Source: Chrysomallon squamiferum (taxonomy: Eukaryota > Animalia > Mollusca). Taken from it: a stretch of DNA of 64,000 nucleotides. The notes beneath the pieces are model-generated. The model was not told where the DNA came from. It was given only the letters and a program-made list of their open reading frames with translations, and did not search any database. The stretch lies in the NCBI GenBank assembly GCA_012295275.1, contig CM022676.1:16306001-16370000 (forward strand). The letters are read 5' to 3'. Below, in pieces: positions 60,962 through 64,000 of this stretch. The translations under genes and the position numbers were made by a program. How positions within the stretch are numbered: the stretch's first letter is position 1; the number at the start of each line of letters is the position of its first letter.

Positions 60962-61786
60962 TTAATATGTTGGTGCATTATCATCAATCCCAAATACTTC
61001 AAACGGATTCTTATCAGTTGACTCACTTAGCTCTAGACTGTTACCTACAGAGAAATAACAAGGCATGTACAAATATTTGTGCTACGTTTCAAAAATAATA
61101 ATCCATTCATCAGTAGTTAAACGTAGACAGACTAACACAACAAAACCAGATTCTTAAACAAGGTTAAATGTTCACTGGTTATAGAACCTCTGAACCGAGG
61201 ATGTCATTTAAATTTAAAGGCTTCATTTCAACACACAAATAACGGCTTCAAAAGAAAGACCTCCGATAATGAAATAACATCATCATTAAAGGAGGATAGA
61301 ATGTTTTATCAACAGATCCTTAACGTTTCGTTTGCAAAATAAATATACTCGTACATTTTATAAAGAATAAAATGATACCGCTGTTATGCACGAAGACATT
61401 GTTACAAAAATAATAAGCTATATTCATCTAATCTCTGAGTTAGTATTACCTTGTTTCAAATGCATGCTCATCGTTTGCATTTCCTGAAAACAAAAACAAA
61501 AATATTACAGGTACTGAAATAACAAACAAACAGACAAACAAACACAAAATATAATACGATGTGACCTCGTAAAAATTATCACAATATCAGTTATATTATG
61601 CAAAAGCAATTCATACATGCAGTTTTTATTGTATTGGGAATAATACTAGTAATAAGAATGATGATGATGATTAAATTGCAAATATTATAATTAATTTAAT
61701 TTTCTTGTTACAATTTTCTTTTCTATTTATTTGTTTAATTGATACTCATCTCCCGATCTCTCTCCCAGGCACAGCCAAGCACGCAG

Positions 61787-61827
<41 letters not shown>

Positions 61828-62731
61828 TACACACATAAACACAGACACATTACAGGCACACACACACACACGCACACACACAGAGGAAGATGCACTCAAA
61901 AGTATATTTCAACACTAAAAATAAAACAAGAACAAAGAAGCAAACAGTACCAACCGTTTTCTTTCAGTCCTCGACATATGAAAATAGTTGCAATAACAAG
62001 GTGGGTTAAAACGAGAATCCCTGATCCAGATCCAACAACCACTGCTGTTACATTTTCATTAGACACGTCATCTGAAATAACACTTGTTCATTTGAACACA
62101 AATATACCATGCAAACTATTCCTGCTTGATTTATGTATTTATGTACAGCATAACAAAATATAACCTAAAGGTACATGTATTAAAACGCAGTAAATATAGT
62201 GAAATAAAGATTTAAAATATTACAGATATAAATAAGGAAATAAAAGTAAAAGTTAAAAGAAAAGAAATAATTCCAATGAAATGATATATAAAACTATTAA
62301 TTAATATTGTCATGTTTTAAGAGATACAAAGGTTTCATATATTAAGATCAGTTAGCATTAACGTTCAGCTGTATTGCAGCACAGTTTTAAAAATCAATAT
62401 GTGAAAGTACTGAGGATATGTATTAGTTTATTTATTTATGAATTTCGTTATGGAATATTTAGACACTTGTTTCCGCTCATACTCTTAATCAAATTTCATA
62501 AAGTTATAGTTATTTGAACTGGGATTGTTTTTGTTTGATATTCTTAGGCAACTAAAAGTTTGCTAATAAGTTTACTTCGTCTGTGATGTCAGAGACTCTA
62601 TCACTGTTGTATGGGTTGTATGTAGACGACGTCCTGGAAATTTCTCTATGAAGTTGTTCCAGTGTGTTGACGTGTTTTCTCTGAGATGGAGGAAGAGTAA
62701 CGGCCCACAGTTGGAAGATTTGCTCGGTGGA
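60962..62731 (-). pseudogene. FN3-TM receptor paralogue 3, diverged (decayed FN3 ~62570-62731; TM 61955-62071; micro-exon 61468-61483; last exon 60962-61044)
   Basis: FN3 remnant PPS..YSSSIS[deletion]RENTSTHWNNFIEKF..LHTTHTTVIESLTSQTK*; TM VTAVVVGSGSGILVLTHLVIATIFICRGLK; last exon KNPFEVFGIDDNAPTY*; YENL exon absent; micro-exon donor is GC. Confidence 0.72.
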
Positions 62732-63694
62732 CAAAAGTAAAGGAATTTTTGAAATAAAGAAATGAAAGAATGAATAAATAATCAAATATTATTAATGAAA
62801 ACTCGATTATAAATGCCACAAAAATCGATTAACATGAAAAATTGAACGAAAACAAAGTATGAAATGTAATCGAAACATACTAACTTAAAACAATAATAAT
62901 AATAATTATGCAAATATTAAAAATAGTTTATAGGCATTAACAAATATAATTAAAAGTAAAGAATAAAACATTTTTCAAAACATTTCGGAGAGAAATTGTT
63001 CATCAATACAGTACAAAAGATTCGAAATAAATACCCATCTATATGGCTCAGAAGTATAATGTATTAAAGAAAATCTTAATTATAGGTATCATATGGACAA
63101 CATATAAAAATAAACAACTTAAAAAAAAAAAAAAACAGAAGAAATGTATGTAAAGGAAATATTAAAATGACAATAAACCTACTGAAATACATATTTAAAA
63201 TTATAACCCATACAATTAAGTAAACATTACTGAACAGTACATGTAAACTAACTATTTATAGACAGTAAGATCATTATTAACAAAACACTCTAAGTATATT
63301 TTCAAATGTTACCAAAAGAAGATGGTATACCTGTAATAAACATGAAAGTAATTAATATGTTCAGCTTACGTTTCAGAAGTCAAAGGCTGCATCTGAAAAC
63401 TTCAGCAGAAGCTTCACCATTTTTATCGGGTGATTCATAGATATAAATAACAATATAATCAAGATACGTTTCTGTAAATTGCTAATGAACAATAGTGCGT
63501 ATGTAATACGAAGCACAAAACCTAATACTTTACTATCCCATAAAGCTGGTTAGTAAACTAGAAACATTTATATACAAAATAATCTATTTTCACTCGTTCA
63601 AGGTAAAACAAAAACAATGTTGCTAACATAAAATATCAGTTGGTTTTCTGTTATATATATATATTACAAATAAATGTTTCTATACGTATGCTTG

Positions 63695-63852
<158 letters not shown>

Positions 63853-64000
63853 CTGGAAAAAACAAGTAACACTATATAAATATTAGAAGATCAACATTAT
63901 TGTTATTTAGATTATGTGTATCCAATTTCACTTGTACACTTTTTTAAAGTGTACAAGTTGAGACAAAAGAAAGATGGTTAAGAAAGAAAAAAACGTTTTT

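Noticed and set aside
63310-63390. Two tiny AG..GT segments upstream of receptor paralogue 3
   Set aside because: Too short, with no homology support within the window.

Overview
AT-rich, microsatellite-dense eukaryotic DNA from an invertebrate animal (mollusc-like by repeat content, an inference), with one 200-N scaffold gap at 35747-35946. I found no complete intact gene. The window is a duplication and decay zone built from ~16-17 kb staggered segmental duplications. It contains: (i) many scattered copies of exons from an unidentified decayed multi-exon gene family, whose last exon is possibly SEFIR/TIR-like; (ii) three paralogues of an FN3-transmembrane receptor 3' end with cytoplasmic Tyr motifs, one with five clean in-frame exons and two disabled; (iii) two inverted, decayed copies of a parvovirus-type NS1 (HUH endonuclease + SF3 helicase) endogenous viral element; (iv) a BTB-BACK-PHR pseudogene; (v) a long palindrome of two divergent tRNA-like heads running into a TAG-derived satellite next to the viral element; (vi) the first exon of a secreted KR-cleaved propeptide; (vii) LINE remnants and a TA-flanked MITE. 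Most ORFs in the supplied track are microsatellite artefacts. All alignments and translations were done by eye.
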